19,359 bases of DNA from an uncultured Thermococci archaeon. GTDB lineage: Archaea > Methanobacteriota_B > Thermococci > Thermococcales > Thermococcaceae. Below are positions 17,108 through 19,359 of this stretch, piece after piece. Location: the NCBI GenBank assembly GCA_964487115.1, contig CAZAPD010000073.1, positions 1-19,359 of the forward strand, read 5' to 3'. Position 1 is the first letter of the stretch. Each line of letters opens with the position of its first letter. Both the position numbers and the translations under genes were made by a program. A model generated the notes under the pieces. It searched no databases. It saw only the letters and a program-made list of their open reading frames with translations, and was not told the origin of the DNA.

Positions 17108-18993
17108 TCTTCCCATTTTCTGCTATAGTTGGGCAGGAAAAGGCTAAATTAGCCCTGCTCTGTGTAGCGGTTAATCCGCTAATAGGTGGAGTTTTATTGA
17201 AAGGAGACAAAGGGACTGGGAAATCAACCCTAGTTAGGGCTCTGGCCAACGTTTTGCCCGAAATTGAAGTTGTGGCAGATTGTCCCTTCAACTGCAATCC
17301 AATGAACCCCTTAGAGATGTGCGACAGCTGCTATGAGCGCTATGGAAGAGGCGAGAGCTTACCAGTTGCCAAAAGAAGAATGAGGGTTGTTGACTTGCCT
17401 TTGAGCGTTACCATAGATAGATTAGTCGGAACAATTGATGTGGAGCGCTTTTTAAAGGAGGGCAAAAAAGCTTTGCAGCCGGGAATATTGGCGGAGGCTA
17501 ATAGGGGAGTGCTTTACATCGATGAAGTCAACCTCTTAGATGACTACATAGCCGATTCGCTCTTAGATTCCGCTGCAATGGGATGGAACACGATAGAAAG
17601 GGAAGGAATCTCGTTTAGACATCCAGCCCGCTTTATCTTAGTCGGGAGTATGAATCCAGAGGAAGGCGACTTAAGACCCCAAATCCTCGATAGATTTGGT
17701 CTGTGTGTTGAAGTCTCAGCACCAATGAACCCAGAGGATAGGATAGAGATAGTTAAGAGGGTTGAGGAGTTCCATGAAGACCCAATAAACTTCTACAGGA
17801 AGTTTGAGAGCGAAGAGAAAAAGCTTACAGAAAAGATTGTTAAAGCGAAGGAGCTTTTGCCTAAAGTTGAAATAAGCGATGATTTGCTAAAACTTTTAGC
17901 TGAGACAGTGATTAATTTAGGTATAAAGACCAACAGAGCTGAGATCACTACAATAAAAACCGCCAAAGCAATAGCCGCTTTAAATGGAAGGAGAAGGGTT
18001 TCCCTTAAGGATCTGGAAAAAGCTATGGAATTAGCTCTACCGCACCGCCTGAGGGACAGACCCTTCCAAAAGCCGCCCCAGATGAGGCCCCCAAAACCTA
18101 AAGATGATAAGGAGTACAATCACAATCATAAACACGATCATAAGCATGAGCACAGGAAGGAAGAAAAAAGTGGAAGCGCTCGAAGTCAGGGGGTTGGAAA
18201 TTTAGAGCAAAATTTTCGCTCAAGCGAAGCTAAAATCCCAAGGATAGAGAGCAGAAACTTTGGGAACAATGACTTTACAGGCTACCGCTCCTCAAGAGAC
18301 GTCGGCGTTACAGTGGTAAACTTTCCAAAGGGGATTCCTGTCTCTTACGTTCCCCCAAAAGGCGAAATAAGGGATGTTGATTTTTACAACTCGACTATTT
18401 GGGCAGTGTTAAATGGCAAAAAGCCTCCAATAAAGCTTGAGTTAAGGGATGTGCGCGTTAGGGTTAGGAAAGCAAAAGCTCCTACGCTCTGGGTTCTACT
18501 CCTGGATTCGAGCGGAAGTATGGCGGTGAAGAGAAGAATAAGCATCGCGAAGGGGATAGCGGAGAAATTGGTTGAGAATGGCTACATCAAAAAGTCAAAG
18601 ATAGCCCTGATCGTTGCGAAAGGCAAAGCGGCTGAGGTTTTTGTTTCGCCAACTAAGAACTACTGGGAAGTGTTTGAAAAAATAGAAAGCGTTCCAACTG
18701 GAGGAAGGACTCCTCTCAGCTCTGCTCTATACAACCTTTTGTTTTTAGCCAATAGGGAGAGAATGAAAGACAAGTCCGTCAAAGTTAGAGCATTTCTAAT
18801 AACCGATGGAAAAGCAAACGTCCCTCTCTTCGGCAAGAGAATTAAGGATGAAATCATTGAGCTTGCAAATGCATTGAAAAAGAGGGACATTGAGCTTAAC
18901 ATTTACGATACAAACGGCAGGGGCATAAACCCTGGCATGTCGTATATTCCAGTTTTGAAAGAAATTGCGAACGCTAAAGTCTATAAAGCGTGA
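17083..18993 (+). CDS. chlD: ChlI/ChlD-type chelatase subunit: AAA+ domain, Pro- and His-rich linker, vWA domain; 636 aa
   Basis: [10 protein letters not shown], Walker A GDKGTGKS, Walker [45 protein letters not shown] and [18 protein letters not shown] upstream. Confidence 0.93.
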   Translation: MEAREKRLIFPFSAIVGQEKAKLALLCVAVNPLIGGVLLKGDKGTGKSTLVRALANVLPEIEVVADCPFNCNPMNPLEMCDSCYERYGRGESLPVAKRRMRVVDLPLSVTIDRLVGTIDVERFLKEGKKALQPGILAEANRGVLYIDEVNLLDDYIADSLLDSAAMGWNTIEREGISFRHPARFILVGSMNPEEGDLRPQILDRFGLCVEVSAPMNPEDRIEIVKRVEEFHEDPINFYRKFESEEKKLTEKIVKAKELLPKVEISDDLLKLLAETVINLGIKTNRAEITTIKTAKAIAALNGRRRVSLKDLEKAMELALPHRLRDRPFQKPPQMRPPKPKDDKEYNHNHKHDHKHEHRKEEKSGSARSQGVGNLEQNFRSSEAKIPRIESRNFGNNDFTGYRSSRDVGVTVVNFPKGIPVSYVPPKGEIRDVDFYNSTIWAVLNGKKPPIKLELRDVRVRVRKAKAPTLWVLLLDSSGSMAVKRRISIAKGIAEKLVENGYIKKSKIALIVAKGKAAEVFVSPTKNYWEVFEKIESVPTGGRTPLSSALYNLLFLANRERMKDKSVKVRAFLITDGKANVPLFGKRIKDEIIELANALKKRDIELNIYDTNGRGINPGMSYIPVLKEIANAKVYKA

Positions 18994-19095
18994 ATTCCCA
19001 AATTTTAAAGCTTTGTATGATTTAAAATGATAAGTATCAGTTTTAAATTCAACTTGCATAGCCATATCTCCAGCCCCTGCTTTAGGGTATAAGAA

Positions 19096-19112
19096 CCAAA
19101 AAATTTATAAAT
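19096..19112 (+). promoter_or_regulatory. BRE/TATA promoter of the thermosome gene
   Basis: CCAAAAAA-TTTATAAA (TATA at 19104-19111), a near-consensus archaeal promoter. Confidence 0.75.
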
Positions 19113-19200
19113 AATCCAAAGGAATGATTGAGTGGAAACACTGATTGTTACTAAAAACCCTCCTTCGGAAAAATAAAAAACAGAAGGAGGTGGTAGGAGT

Positions 19201-19359
19201 ATGGCACAGCTCGCAGGTCAGCCTGTTGTTATTTTGCCGGAGGGGACTCAGAGGTATGTTGGAAGGGATGCTCAAAGATTAAACATTCTCGCCGCAAGAA
19301 TCATAGCAGAAACAGTCAGAACAACCCTCGGACCAAAAGGAATGGACAAAATGCTCGTC
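19201..19359 (+). CDS. ths: Thermosome (group II chaperonin) subunit, 5' partial, runs off the window
   Basis: Translates as [63 protein letters not shown] at 19186-19192. Not in the supplied ORF track. Alpha versus beta cannot be settled without the C-terminus. Confidence 0.97.

Noticed and set aside
13361..18993. Magnesium chelatase for (bacterio)chlorophyll synthesis
   Set aside because: Non-phototrophic archaeal context, no bch/chl pathway genes, and the large subunit is CobN-like.
8412..19047. 11-bp direct repeat TCAGTTTTAAA at 8412-8422 and 19037-19047, flanking the operon like att sites or a target duplication
   Set aside because: Both flanks are very AT-rich, so a chance match is plausible. 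The left copy overlaps the SurR box, and no integrase, transposase or tRNA is present.
101..19065. Many short antisense or alternate-frame ORFs in the track; CRISPR, tRNA or rRNA
   Set aside because: The ORFs are shadows of well-supported genes with no independent motifs. I saw no repeat-spacer array or RNA-gene signature.

Overview
Archaeal window, most likely Thermococcales: GGTGA/GGAGGTG ribosome-binding sites, BRE/TATA promoters, a SurR box, aEF-1beta and a thermosome gene. From left to right it holds a Zn-ribbon protein and aEF-1beta; a decayed wHTH plus nucleotidyltransferase (AbiE/type IV TA-like) pair cut by a short IS200/IS605-like palindromic element; a TPR protein divergent from a GH38 alpha-mannosidase; class III ribonucleotide reductase nrdD/nrdG; a tightly coupled six-gene operon at 8500-18993; and the 5' end of a thermosome gene. 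The six-gene operon encodes a tandem-domain BtuF-type lipoprotein, a BtuC-type permease, an ABC ATPase, a Gate-like membrane protein, a CobN/ChlH-family chelatase subunit and a ChlI/ChlD AAA+-vWA subunit with a His-rich linker. The most interesting signal is its promoter, which has a full-length SurR consensus upstream of the putative TATA box and a 28-bp palindrome with NikR geometry downstream. That suggests a hydrogenase-linked nickel-acquisition system, possibly one that imports a metallo-tetrapyrrole and removes the metal, rather than cobalamin synthesis. All functional calls come from reading motifs by eye; no searches were run.
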